This document shows positions 1-12,300 of a DNA stretch of 64,000 bases, piece by piece (position 1 is the stretch's first letter; each line of letters begins with the position of its first letter). The position numbers and the translations under genes were made by a program. The DNA comes from Zancudomyces culisetae HAW-14-8 (lineage: Eukaryota > Fungi > Kickxellomycota), in NCBI GenBank assembly GCA_052426225.1, contig JBNJNM010000012.1, positions 1,798,001 through 1,862,000 of the forward strand, read 5' to 3'. Under the pieces are notes generated by a model. The model did not search any database. It was not told the DNA's origin and saw only the letters and a list, made by a program, of their open reading frames with translations.

Positions 1-230
1 AACAAAGAAACCCCAGTGACCATTATCTAAGTATTGATTCTGTCATAAACTCATGCCCCCTCTGTGGCGCCAACAAGCCTTCTCACACCGCATCAACATG
101 CCAATTCAACTCCAATTTGCCCTTCCTAACTCATAGAAGAGGTTTTGTGTTTAATAACCCAATGATCCCTGTTAATTTTAAAGAAATGTATCTGGCAGTT
201 ATTGATACATACTTGTCCAAGCTTCAATAG
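1..230 (+). mobile_element. Possible degenerate 3' end of a non-LTR retroelement ORF
   Basis: CPLCGANKP (from 54) continues, after a frameshift, into ..STCQF and a frame ending at TAG 228-230, followed by T-rich sequence. Resembles the CCHC knuckle at the end of LINE ORF2. Confidence 0.25.
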
Positions 231-1583
231 AATTTTTTTCTCTTTTCTTGTTTGTTTCTTGTTTCATATACCCTAATTCATATAATCTTTTTTCTGGTCT
301 AATTGATGTTTCATCATGTTTTTACACTTTATTAGAGTCCAATATTATTTTATAATATATCAATCTAGCCAACCTCTGTGATGTGTTATACAAGTTCTAT
401 ATAAGGTTTATTATTTTACAAAAAAATAAAGTATTTTTCGAATCCAATAGTTGTCAACTCATCCTGAGCTTTCATCAATAAAAAATTTGATATGGAACTA
501 AGCTAAGAATAAAATATTAACATACGCCCAACACGCTACATATTCACACTCTCCACTTTGAATAATATAGCAGAGTCCATTTCTTTTCTATATTTTCAAT
601 CCTTGACCTGTATTTTTGTCTGTTGTTAGACTGCAAAACTGTGAACTAAAAATATCTTGGAAACCCCATCCAATCAAAAAGATGATACCAAGCTAATTAG
701 TGAATCATTTGAATCATCATCACCATTCCCAAGCTTTGGTATTTTCTCAGTACTCTAATCCTGTTTCAAATTTATTTTTTCGCTTATTTTTGATCAAGAT
801 GGGTTTTGTTACTATTATCTATATATACCACTAATCCATTCAAAGAATAATCAAGAATAACAATAGTAATCTGACACGAGTAAAATTTTTTTTATAATGA
901 TAAAACATCTTTTATTTGACCAATATTCTGAAAAATGCATTATATTTCACAAACTTTTCAAAATTCAACTAACAGATACTTTGGGTTCATACTTACTATT
1001 TCAAGCTAACGCTTTAATGTGTAAAAACAATATTGCGCACTTTTTGTACTCTTAATCACACATTGAGCTTTTTTCGGAAAGTTTGACTGCTTTTCATCAT
1101 CCTGATGGATTGGAGAATTTATCTTTGCTTACATAATCAGAATGTGAATTACACAAGGGGGACAATTTCAAAACAATCGGCATAGGATGAGCTTGTTTTC
1201 ATTCACAACGGAATTTGTTATAATAACGTAACAAGTCATTCCTTAGATAAAGTTTCTTGATTAACTCCTGAATTTTGTACTTCAACAAGATGGGAAAGGG
1301 GGAAATAAAAGTCAAAATCGAGCCGATGTCGCTTTAATTTATAGCCGAAAATCTACATTTGTTGGTGGCTTTTGTTAGGTTCTTACCACCTAGTAGTACC
1401 ACCTTAGTACCACCTATAACACGATCAGATGGTTATATTATACACATCCTAAAACACGGGGTTGTACTCTTATTTTTTTTTTTTCCTTTCCTTTCATTCT
1501 AATTTTTTTTGTAAAAAAAAATAACATAAATACTAGTAGTAGACTCCTTGAAGTATGAAGTAGTAGTTTTGTTGCAAGGAATA

Positions 1584-2862
1584 ATGACAGGAAGAGTATC
1601 AATAATTGTACATGGTGGTAAGTATAGTTTTTAATTTAATCCACTTTATGCAATATATTATAGACAAAGCTAATAACTCTACTAAATATAAATAAAAAAA
1701 GGTGCATGGAACATCCCAGAAGAGCTTAAACAAGCTCACGTCGATGCAGTGTCTGAGGCTTGTGAGCATGGATACAACCTATTGGCTGAGCAAGGGGAAA
1801 GTTATCACAGAGCCATAGACGTTGCGCAAAAAGTGATAGAAATGTTGGAGAGTTGCCCGGTTCTAAACTGTGCAAGAGGCTCTCCTCTTAACGCAGATGG
1901 ATACGTAGAAATGGACGCGTTTATAGGCGATGATAAATATAATTTTGGTGCGGTAATGGGTCTGAAGAGTGTATTGCATCCTATAAGAGTGGCACGAGCA
2001 GTAAGAGACAGAACTGAACATTTACAGCTGGCTGGAGAGGGAGCAAACAAGTTTGCGGAAGAAATAGGCGAAGAAAAGGTTGATCTGGATAGGTTATTGG
2101 TTGACAGAGAGTTGCAGCTTTACAAGGAAAGTCTCAAAAGTAAAGCACAGGCAGCAGATGAGGGTACAGTTGGTGCGAATTCCAAAATAAAACTGGATAC
2201 AAACAATCAAAACCCGGATAGCATACCAGTGGATGAAAAGATGGAGAAGCTAGATAAATGTTCAGACACTGTAGGTGTAGTTTGTAGAGATAGGTATGGC
2301 GATATAGCAGTTGCATTGTCTACTGGCGGAACACCTATGAAAGTACCTGGAAGGTAAGTTTAATGTTTTTGTATTCGGATGAGGAGGGTAGGAAGGGGTG
2401 GATGGTTGTATTTTTTTACAACAAATATAATGTGTGGTTTGTGACACCAAATGATTCTTGTGGTAATGTACTAAATGGTAATTAACACTGAAAAATAAAA
2501 ATAAACATTTACTTAGAGTTGGAGACACGCCAGTTTGGGGCGCAGGAGGATACGCGCTCAAAGGATGTGGCGCAGCATCAACTGGACATGGAGAAGATCT
2601 TTTGCGAATCCTGCTTGCAAAGACTGTGGTAGACAGTATGCTCTCATCAAAACCGGGCACCGCTGAGAATGCAGTAAAGTGTGCTCGGGAAGGGGTTGAG
2701 TTCATGGAAAATGAAATCAAAGGATCAGGTGGCGTTATTTGTATGGATAGCGAGGGAAATCCAGGCTTTTGGTTCAACACAGAAGCAATGGCATTCGCTT
2801 TTAAAGTTGAGGGAGATGAACGAGGGCTAGTAACCGGTGTTAACCACTGTGATAAGCTATAG
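1584..2862 (+). CDS. Isoaspartyl peptidase / type-2 L-asparaginase (Ntn hydrolase), 3 exons
   Basis: Exons 1584-1617, 1702-2353, 2517-2862 join in phase, giving IIVHGGAWNIP, VEMDAFI, autocleavage site D-TVGVVCRD..G.IAVALSTGG and PGRVGDTPVWGAG, plus STGHGED. Confidence 0.93.
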
Positions 2863-3107
2863 CCTTTTTTATGATTATATGACTTTTATTTTAAAGCAGT
2901 AAAAATACAAAAAATCAAAAAATAAAAGACCAAGTTGAAAGAGTGAGAAGAAAATAATATCTAACCATATATCCTGGCGATTGGATAAATACAGTTTATT
3001 ATTAGAGCATGATTCAATTAATTCACACACGTGTGACGCCCTTGTATATTACTGTCATGTACAGAGCTATAAAAAACCCACTTTGGAGACAGGCAATACA
3101 ACATTCG

Positions 3108-5875
3108 CTATTCCTTATTAAAGGCCCAAAAGTTAATTCCACGAACCAAGTTGACTAGATCAATCCATTGCTGCGTATTTTGGTAAATCCCGCTTTCTTC
3201 TCTAGGCGAAGATACCGAATGTGTATCAGATCCTTGGCCAAAGAACCCTAGCGAGCTTTTGCGTGAACTAGGACTGGAGTTCGAGTGTGAGTGGTGAGGA
3301 TAGCGATCATAGTGATGAGCTTTCCCAAATGCTCCTTTTCCCAGAATATTCAAGTTGGTTTTTCTTGAAGATATGCTCGAAAACGTACGCTCGTTTTCAT
3401 AAAAGTTTTTTTTGGCTACGGCAACCAGCGTGAAACAAGGGTAATCAACTCGGGACATTAGATACACCAAGTCATCGGAATTTTTGGAAACAACAAGGGG
3501 GGTATAGGGAGAGCCCTTGGCCGATTGTTTCGGGGTTGAAATGTTTTTGTCTACAGAATTGGGCAGCAGATCTGGGGTTGCACTTCTCTGGGTGTGTGGC
3601 CTTAGGGGAACTTTTGTTTCATCAGGGTTTATGCCTGATTTTGAAACCTTTCGGAGATAGTTTTCAAATGTCTTTTTGACCAAATTGGATGAGGTGCTAA
3701 CCTCCCTGAGCATAGGTTCCGAGGTGCCTTTATCGTGACTAACTATTAACTTTGGAGATCTAGTTTCAGCGCCATATTTCCCTTTGTCTACTACCTTGGA
3801 AGGAGCATCGAGGATACCAGATAAATGGGTATTTTTCTGTGTGGCTAGATTGGATCCCGATTTCGTCTTGTTTATTCGTGCATCATAGGTTAGTAGAGTA
3901 GAGTCAGGGTCCTGGGTATGAACTTTTTGTTCCACAGCATAGCCTGTATTCATCCTCAAGTCCTCCTTCTGTGAATAAATGTTATAGTACGAATGCGATA
4001 TTTCATGATTTGTTTGACGTAAACCCGCTGTGTTCTGTTTAGGAAGCAGTGGTGGATTTTGTAGAGTATTTGGTTCAACATTCGGCAGACCCAAGGGCTG
4101 TTCTTCAAGCATGCTATTGACAATTACCCCTGCTTCGCCATCAAGATCTTGTTGGTTTTCCAGCATTGCACCCAGAATATCAGGCAAATAAGATTGTCTG
4201 AACCACTCTACACCGTGCTCTGTATCTGACATATTCCCTCCAGAAAACCCAGTACTGGACTCCTGAGGTTCGGTGTGCTGATGAATGCGACCATATTTCA
4301 TTTTTCCGGAATCACCAATGTCCTGCAAAAAGTAATCGCAAAAATAGCTCAAGACAGCGCAGCCGGCTACTTTAAACGGACTTTTTTTATATTTTGCATC
4401 AAATAGATTGTTTCCTGATGGGTAGAACAGCTTATCTTCTCCCGGTTCATACAAAAGTGCAATACATATAGCATCCAATGCCTCAAATGCCCGTTTCAGC
4501 ATGTGCAAGTAATTGTTTTCTAGGGGTATTGAATGCCACAGTCTGTACAAACCCTGGTTGTAGCTTAGGTTGCTAATCCTTTCTTGTTCACCATATCTAC
4601 CATTCACCTGCAAAACCATACCTTCATCATAGGCCTCTAACGAGCTTTGATACGCTAGAAGATTTCCTTCAAAATAAATCATAGCCTTTACCCGCAAACA
4701 CTCGAACCAATTTTCTAAAAAAGGAAATAATTGACTTTCTTTACTCAAGGTTTTTGTCTTCAGCCCGCCATCGCTCGCTTCGATCTCATCGCGTTTCCAG
4801 AGGCTTTGTACAGAGCTCTTCAGCCATTCCCCAATCTTACTGCCTTTTATTTCGGAATATCCTGCAGAATTTATGCCGCTGTATCTTTTGAAATCACCTG
4901 TGTTATTCCTGATTGCTGTTTCGTCGCGTATTAAATGCTGTTTTGCTCCATAATCTGCATGATCGTATTTTTCCTTTTTTTTCATATCGATATTCATTTC
5001 ACTTTTCCAATTTTCCAACACCTCTTTTATTTCAATCAGCCCAACAACTGAATGGTAATAGTCCAGTTCGGTAATATTTTTATTAAGCTTCAAAAGTTTG
5101 CACAGTAATATAACTTCAGCACTCAAAATTTTCCACAGTTGCATCCAACACTTATTTCTATACGCTCCAGCAAGAATTTCTGTTATATTATTCAACTTTT
5201 CCATTGTAGTGTCTAGTTTGTTGTGGCTCCGAGTAAGTGACAGCTCTGAATATACCTGCAGTAATTCGATACGGATACATATATAGCTGTTTAAAAATTG
5301 TAGATATTTTTCAGCTACTTTTAGGCTTTCTATTCGAAGTCGTTCACTTTCTACGACTGGCTGTTTTGATTTATACACATCCTCTCTGTTACCCAAAACC
5401 CAAGAACCAGATTGTTGGGATAGTTTGTCGTCAGCTGACTCATCCAAGTTTACATATTCGGGATTATTTGGTTCATATTCAGCACTTCCATTCCTCTGTT
5501 CTATAAGTGCAATCTTGATTTCTTCAAGCAGTTTTTTAATGGTTTGTCTGACTCCTGTGTAAACTTTGAGTATACCCTATTAAGTGATTTTTCATTCCGA
5601 ATCTGATTAAAATACTCTAGAAAATTGAATTATAAAACAATTCAGTACGGAATATATAAAATCAAACTTACGCCGGATAACAGTGAGGGCCATTTGTAAG
5701 TCTCAAAAAAGCTGCAATAATTTTTTTCCGTATTGACCAGCCGCAGCATCAAACCACCAAGCGCAGCATTTTTCTGCATAACCATTGAGGCTGATTTATT
5801 AGCTAGTGCAAAATCGTGCCTCGAGAGGTTTTTCGTAAATTCCTCCACTAAGTCTAGAGGCCATTTCTCTGCCAT
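3108..5875 (-). CDS. KICSTOR subunit 2 (C12orf66/KICS2)-like protein, 2 exons
   Basis: Exon 5875-5672 (GTAAGT donor) joins exon 5576-3108 in phase 0. Blocks recalling C12orf66 occur in order: IRIELLQVY, SAEVILLCKLL..ITELDYYHSV..L..IK..L..W, LFPFLENWFECLRVKAMIYF, YLHMLKRAFEALDAICIALLYE, YLPDILGAM, YLMSRVDYPCFTLVAV. Recognised from memory only. Confidence 0.72.
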
Positions 5876-6362
5876 TTTTCAGATTGTGGGCATTTGTATT
5901 ATGTACAAGTGTAGGCTTTAAAAAAATATAGATTGTATGAGAAGTGTCCTTTCTACAACTTAATGTGCCTAGTTTAATGTGGTATTGTGTTCGTGTTTTG
6001 TCGACTTGCTACCTTTACCGTGCTGATTAGATTTATGAAACTGAGAGTATTATAAAGCTAACAAAAAACAACATCAAATTCTATATAGGACTTGGATATA
6101 CACTAACCATTGGCTAACCCCGACGATTTTTTTTTATTGGATCAAACTAGTTCTATTATAACTGCACATAATTTTCCTAGCTTTTTATTGCCTGGATTAG
6201 CTAATTGACTACATAAAAGCATTTGGAGCTGGATGGCTGGCAATGTAAATTGAAAGATAAAAGCATTCCAAAAACAGTCTTGAGAATCTCGGCATTAACA
6301 ATTCCAATTTATTTGTACAACCAAATTTTTCAGTGCTTCAATATAAAAGACCACAGACCAGC

Positions 6363-6922
6363 ATGTTTAGTAGAGGAAAAGCTTTTAGAGGTTCACGAGC
6401 TGGCGGTATTGATTTGGGAAAATTGGCGAAAAAGTACCCAATTATACTTATAGGCATCCCTTCGTTCGCAGCAGTAATTGGGGGATTATACCTACTCGAG
6501 CCGATCCAAAAAACACGCTTCGAAATTTCGGATCAGAAGAAAATTGTAACTTTTTGATATTGACACATTTCATTCTTATTCTTACTGATAACCAGCTACA
6601 AGTATTCTTTTTCCTGCTATCTGTTTGAAACACTTTAGGTTACCGAAAGCGAACTTGAGAAGCTCAAAACGTCGAAACGATCACTGAATCTGCAAGAAGA
6701 GTATTGGGTAAGAAAGCTTGGTATTTTATTGCTTTATTTAGCTATATTTTATGCTCAGCATCTACTCATGTTGAGGTTTGTAACGTTACCAGAATATAAA
6801 ATCATGATAACTCATGATATTGGTATTTGTAGCGCTTGCAACAAGAAGGGACCTGGGATACATATGACATCAAAAGAGTAGACAGAAAACCTGAGGATGA
6901 ACCTGTCTTTGATCGGTCATGA
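6363..6922 (+). CDS. COX16: Cytochrome c oxidase assembly protein COX16, 3 exons
   Basis: Exons 6363-6545, 6639-6707, 6833-6922. Product has KKYPIILIGIPSFAAVIGGLYLL (TM), QKTRFEISDQK, LNLQEEYWRL and DTYDIKRVDR, matching the COX16 pattern. Confidence 0.88.
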
Positions 6923-7223
6923 GCTTTTTTTTTATTATACTGGATGATTTTATTATGATATTTTTTGTGAATTATAGAGTAGTGATTTTTAATGATCCAT
7001 TTTATTATTATTATCAATACAACCAAGTAGGACAAGCGGGGGGTAATGTTATATGGTGGAAACTTTGAATGGAATAAAAGACTAGTGGAATTAGCAAAAT
7101 ATAATATAATATAATATAATATAAACATATTATCTTTTAATGGGTGAAAGAAATATCACCAATAATGCTTATATGACATTAAAGTGGTTTTTTGGGAATT
7201 ACACACACGTATGAAGATGATTA

Positions 7224-8912
7224 TTAAATGTTTAGAGAAATATATCTGTTTTCAGATCCACCAAATGATTCGACCAATACATTGATGATCCCTATAGACT
7301 CGAGCTTCAAAAGAGCAGTAGATATTTGATTGGGACTATATAGTGAAGATAGTTCACTCTCAAGCCTGTTGTAGCTTATTTGTTCGGCTACAGATTGTGA
7401 TAAAACCTCAATAATGGAATAAAGCGCAGGACCCGAGTCGGGATAGTAGAGCTTAAACAACCGACCCAGAAATCTATGCTTTGACGCAATTGTCTGGCTG
7501 TTCCTTTCATCCGCGATCTCTTTAGTCATTAGCTCAATAGAGTCGATTAGTTCGATGCCCTTGTTTAATGATTCCTCGTCTTCCAGCTTCCAGTTTTCGA
7601 TCTTTGAAAAGTGCTTTCTTAAATAATCGAGACTATTATTTGTTTCATTAATAATTTCTGCCCTTGGGTCTCTTTTTTTTATTTTGTTTAGCAGCTCATC
7701 TTTTGAATCACGTATGTTTTGGAGGTTTTGTTTATATTCATTGATAACCACGTTGTTTTGCGACTCGATTCTCGTGCTTAATCTCTTTGTTCCCTACAAA
7801 TATCAGTTATTACTAGTTAAAGCATACCAACCTGTCTTATAGAAAGAGGCTTTTCCCCAAAAGTCAAATAGAAAAAAAAGAGAATAGATGGAACTCAGAG
7901 AGTCACGTACCTTATTTTTGGTTTTAATGTGGATTTGCCTCTTCAATGAATTCAGTTGTCGCTCCTATCCGAACAGTTCAACAGTTGTTGGCTTCATTTT
8001 TATGTTATGAAACACATATAGCAAAATATGTTTTGTTTAAAAATAAAACAAAACGAGTGAAAATAAACAGCTTACAATGTTTGAAATGGAACTTTTCAGC
8101 TCCAACATGTCATTTTGCTGCCTTTCTGCTCTCAGTTTATAATTTCTTATTTCTTCAAGAGTTTTTAGTGCTTCCTGATTCCTTAAAATTGTGTTTTCAT
8201 ATTCCTCTTTTTGTACCTTAAACTATACAATATCCGTAAATACAAAGTTTAATAGTACATGGTTCTCCTGTTAACGATCATAATAAGCGATAAGTTTCCA
8301 AGAAAAGTCAAAATTGCAAAAGTAAAAAGTAAAATAGGTATCTTTACATCTCTGATCTCTTCTAGCTGTGCCTTGGTCGCAAATTCTATTACATCCTCAA
8401 TTTGCTCGACTTGTCTGTATAAAAATGGAACAGCTCTTTTTGAAGTAAGCTCCTGCGCCGATTCGACCTTTTCTTTGGTAATCAAAGTCGAGTTCTACAA
8501 TTAGAAAAGTATTTTCTATACCATATTTCTATATTTCTACCAAACTATGTATCTATGCTGATTAGATAATTATTTTTCGATTTCTTTCCAACCCGAAAAT
8601 CTAGATAAAAAAGAAAGTAAAATAACCTCCCTCCCACACTATGTTAAATAATTTGTATAAGAGTACCTACTTTTTCAACCTTACATGCATCTTCTACAAA
8701 TGAAAAGCTCGATACCAATCCCTCTAGTTTGTTACTCGATTCTGAAAGCTATTTTTTGGAAAAATTAATCAATCAATCGCAGCCGAATTCAGGATCAAAT
8801 ATCTTATAGAATGATGTATAATCAGCTAGTAGTTAAAACTATTTGTTCTTACATATCCATTTATCTGTTGGAGCAGTTGGATGCTTTCGGAGAGCTTAGG
8901 ATTACCTGCCAT
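7224..8912 (-). CDS. Spc19-like DASH/Dam1 kinetochore subunit with coiled-coil and C-terminal winged-helix-like extension, 6 exons
   Basis: Six exons join in phase 0 (8912-8853, from 8748, ~8494, ~8222, ~7964, ~7793-7224). N-terminus LSESIQLLQQINGYLSES..LEG.VSSF..V...TLITKEKVESAQEL....VPFL resembles Spc19. The gene is solid; the identity is moderate. Confidence 0.55.
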
Positions 8913-9362
8913 TTTATTTAGTATACTAGTAATTATTACAATTAAATCAGTCAAAGGTTTTTCTTGAATCAACTTGTAAAATGTTAAGCATGTTTAACAT
9001 TTCACTATAAATAAATACCACAAGCCAATAGTCTGTTTTGATTTTCATTGGATTGTTTACTAATTGGCAACATTCACAAATTGGGGTTAACTTTTTTTCA
9101 CACTTTAACTGTGGATGCTTGTCAGGGCCACATGTTAAGTAAATGTAAATGAAAAATGCAATTACTGTTGTATAACGATAGCAGATATAAGAGTAGGATG
9201 AAGGTAAACGCAGGCTTTTGCTCTGTTTTTATTGAAAATTGTGACTTTTTAGTGCATAGCTGCGTTGTGTAGCTTATTCTGTCAATATTTTCAAGAAACT
9301 AGCAAAAGTGGCAAAGTTAGCTACAAAATAATAAAATCTATGTTGTTCAGGAACACTGCTAT

Positions 9363-12300
9363 CTAGCTGAAGTATTTCTTGTTGATTGCCTCAATCTTTA
9401 ACTTCAGTTGTGATATTTTCAGCCTATAACAGTAGAGACAGAGATTGTAGTTAAATATTAGTAAAAATAATGTGAGTGATAGTGTACTTATTAGGAATGT
9501 AAGGTAAGCATACAAGCAAGTGCATCCGGCTCACCAGGTTAAAGTTAGCAAAAAAAAAAGAAAATAAATGTAAATGTAAAGAGGTATAGAGAGGAACCTA
9601 CATGTCAGCTTTCTTCTGTGATTCTGGTGATTTTAGTATGTACGTTTTGTTGGTTGTGTGTGCGATCAGCTTTTCTAAATCCTGTGTCAATTTATTGATA
9701 AATGAGGTTTGTTTATCTATTTCGGCCTGAGAAATCGGTTTAGCTGGGGATTTCCCAATAGTTGCAACATCAACATTCTTGGGGAGCTCAGGTACGTAAA
9801 TGAAAACGTTTGAAGAAATTTGGGCAGCAAACTGAGGCGAATAGTTAGGGATAGATAAATAGCCATCAGGGTGTACATCAGTTAGGATAAGCTCGAGGTT
9901 TTCGGATTTGGATAGGCTTTTTATGTGGTATGAAAGCTGGGCTACTATTCTTTCAAATTTTGAAATATCAAAGCTGAAGATGCCATCAGTTTCACCGCTT
10001 TCCATTTGAATGCCAGAAAGATTGCTGGGTTTTCCATTGTCATTGGAATCTCCAATACCACTTACTAATGCGGCTTTATTTACACATATTACCAGTTTTG
10101 GGATGCTGAGTGAACTATGAACATTATTTGTCTGTCTAAGCATTCTTGATGCCCTGCATATTTCGAGTATTATTTGGGTATATGATTCCATCTCCCTGTT
10201 AACATATTTTGAAACATGATCAAATTCGGGATACTCTGAGATCATTAATACTGCGTCTTTAGTGATACCTATAATTTTAATATAAAAGTAAATGGGTTTT
10301 TAGGATTAAGGAGAGAAGTGATACAGTATATTTTGTGTAATGGCAGCCAGGAAAGTGAATTGATAAATATGATTACTTGATTGGAAAAAATAGTCAAAGC
10401 CCTTTAGCGACTTGAGAGATTCAAATAACTCCTCGGTTATGAATGGCATAAATGGGTGCAACAGTTTTAGGATCCCGGAAAAGACGTTAACTAGACTATA
10501 TAACACCGATTCATGTGTCTACATATACAAATCGTATCAGTAAATATTCAGACGACCCTGTTGCCAAATGTACTTGACTCAAGTAGTATCTATGCCGATG
10601 AAAACATCAAGGAATAAAGGGATATTACTTACCTGTCCACTGGAGTAGTCCTTTTTAAATAGTATATGTTTGCTCAAATCAATATACGAATCGCAAAAAT
10701 CCCGCAACACAAAGTTTTTGACACATTCTGCAGCTGTTCCAGCACGCAAATCCTTCATGTAAGAATTGGTTCTTTTGACTGCATCTGCAAATCTTGAAAA
10801 TATAAAAGCATCAAATATAGACAATTCTTGAGGCAAGGAATAAGCATTTGACATGGACAATTGGCCGTTTGGATGTCCGTTTATATTTTCTTCATAATAG
10901 CGTAGCATATGCTCTTCGATAAATCTAAAGCTATTCCACAACTTGTTTGCAAAATGGTAGTTCGACTTTATATTATTGATGTTTATGTTGATCTCACTTT
11001 GTGAAGAATACAATACCAACGCCATTCGCAGAGAATCGGCTCCGTATTCTGGGATTCCATTGGGAAATTGCTGTCTCAAATTGCTCAGACCGCTATTTTA
11101 TATCAGATTATTTTTCTGTTATTTTTTTTTTGATAAAAAGAGACAGGAAATGGAAGAAAAGGTATTTGATAGCAGATAATAGAATTTACGCTTTTTTTTC
11201 CTTATCACTAAGATAGCTTGAAACAATCGGTCTTTCGAGCTCCTTCAAGGTGATCCCTTCTACTACCGAAAGTGGGTCAATTACATTCCCCAAAGACTTG
11301 GACATTTTACGACCTGATGAATCTCTTATCTATATCAAATATGCAACAACGGGATGGTTAGAGCAGTGAAGAATTAAATTCAACTATCGTTGCTTCTCCC
11401 ATGACATTTAAAAGAACCATGTTGGCATTTTTTTGTGTATATGCAAATATATCAAGTATAATATCTTTTACTCTATTTTAAAATTCTTACCATTGGATGT
11501 AAAAATACTTTTTCAAATGGGACAGCACCTGTAAACTGGTAGCATAACATCACCATCCTGGCAACCCAAAAAAAGAGAATGTCATTTCCGGTTTCTAAAA
11601 AATCCGACAGTTTCTTTTTTTTTGAAAATGCTAACGTGTTTTCAGGACCCTCATTGCTATTAAAGGCCGTGAGCGGCAATAAACCAGATGAAAACCAAGT
11701 ATCCAAAACATCTTCATCCTGGGATATACTAACTATACTTTCGTCAGGCAAAAGGCGTTTCTTTGCTAGGTTTAACGCATCCTCACTGCTCTTTGCCGCC
11801 ACCCAATACCCATTATTTTTTCCATCAGTACTCACTCTGTACGCTGGAACTCTATGTCCCCACCACAATTGTCTTGAAATACACCAATCTTGGATGTTTT
11901 CAAGCCACCTTCTCCAATGACTATTATACTTTTCTGGTGATATTTCAATATCTCCATTTTTGACGAGTTCCAAAGCTTTTTTACCCAAAATTGTAGCTTT
12001 CACAAACCACTGTGGCTCAATCATAGGCTCAATAATATCACCAGTCCTTGAACAAGTTGAAATGATTGTTTTGCTATTTTCCTCTTTGATTATTTTGCAG
12101 ATTTCTGGATGTGTATTGTATCGTGCATATCTATTGTCATTACTTCCCCTGAATTTGTTTTTCTTTATCATGTAGTCGATCACATATCTTCTTGCCTCCC
12201 ATCTATTCAGTCCCTATTTATAACAGTTTTATCGGAAACTTGTTTTTATACACGCGCAACTTTTAAGTAAATGGTGTTTAGATAAATTATCTTTACCTCA

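Noticed and set aside
1101-1310. Stop-interrupted frame containing NQNVNYTRG, similar to NNNVNYRG at ~62270
   Set aside because: Similarity is limited to a few Asn-rich residues and is likely chance.
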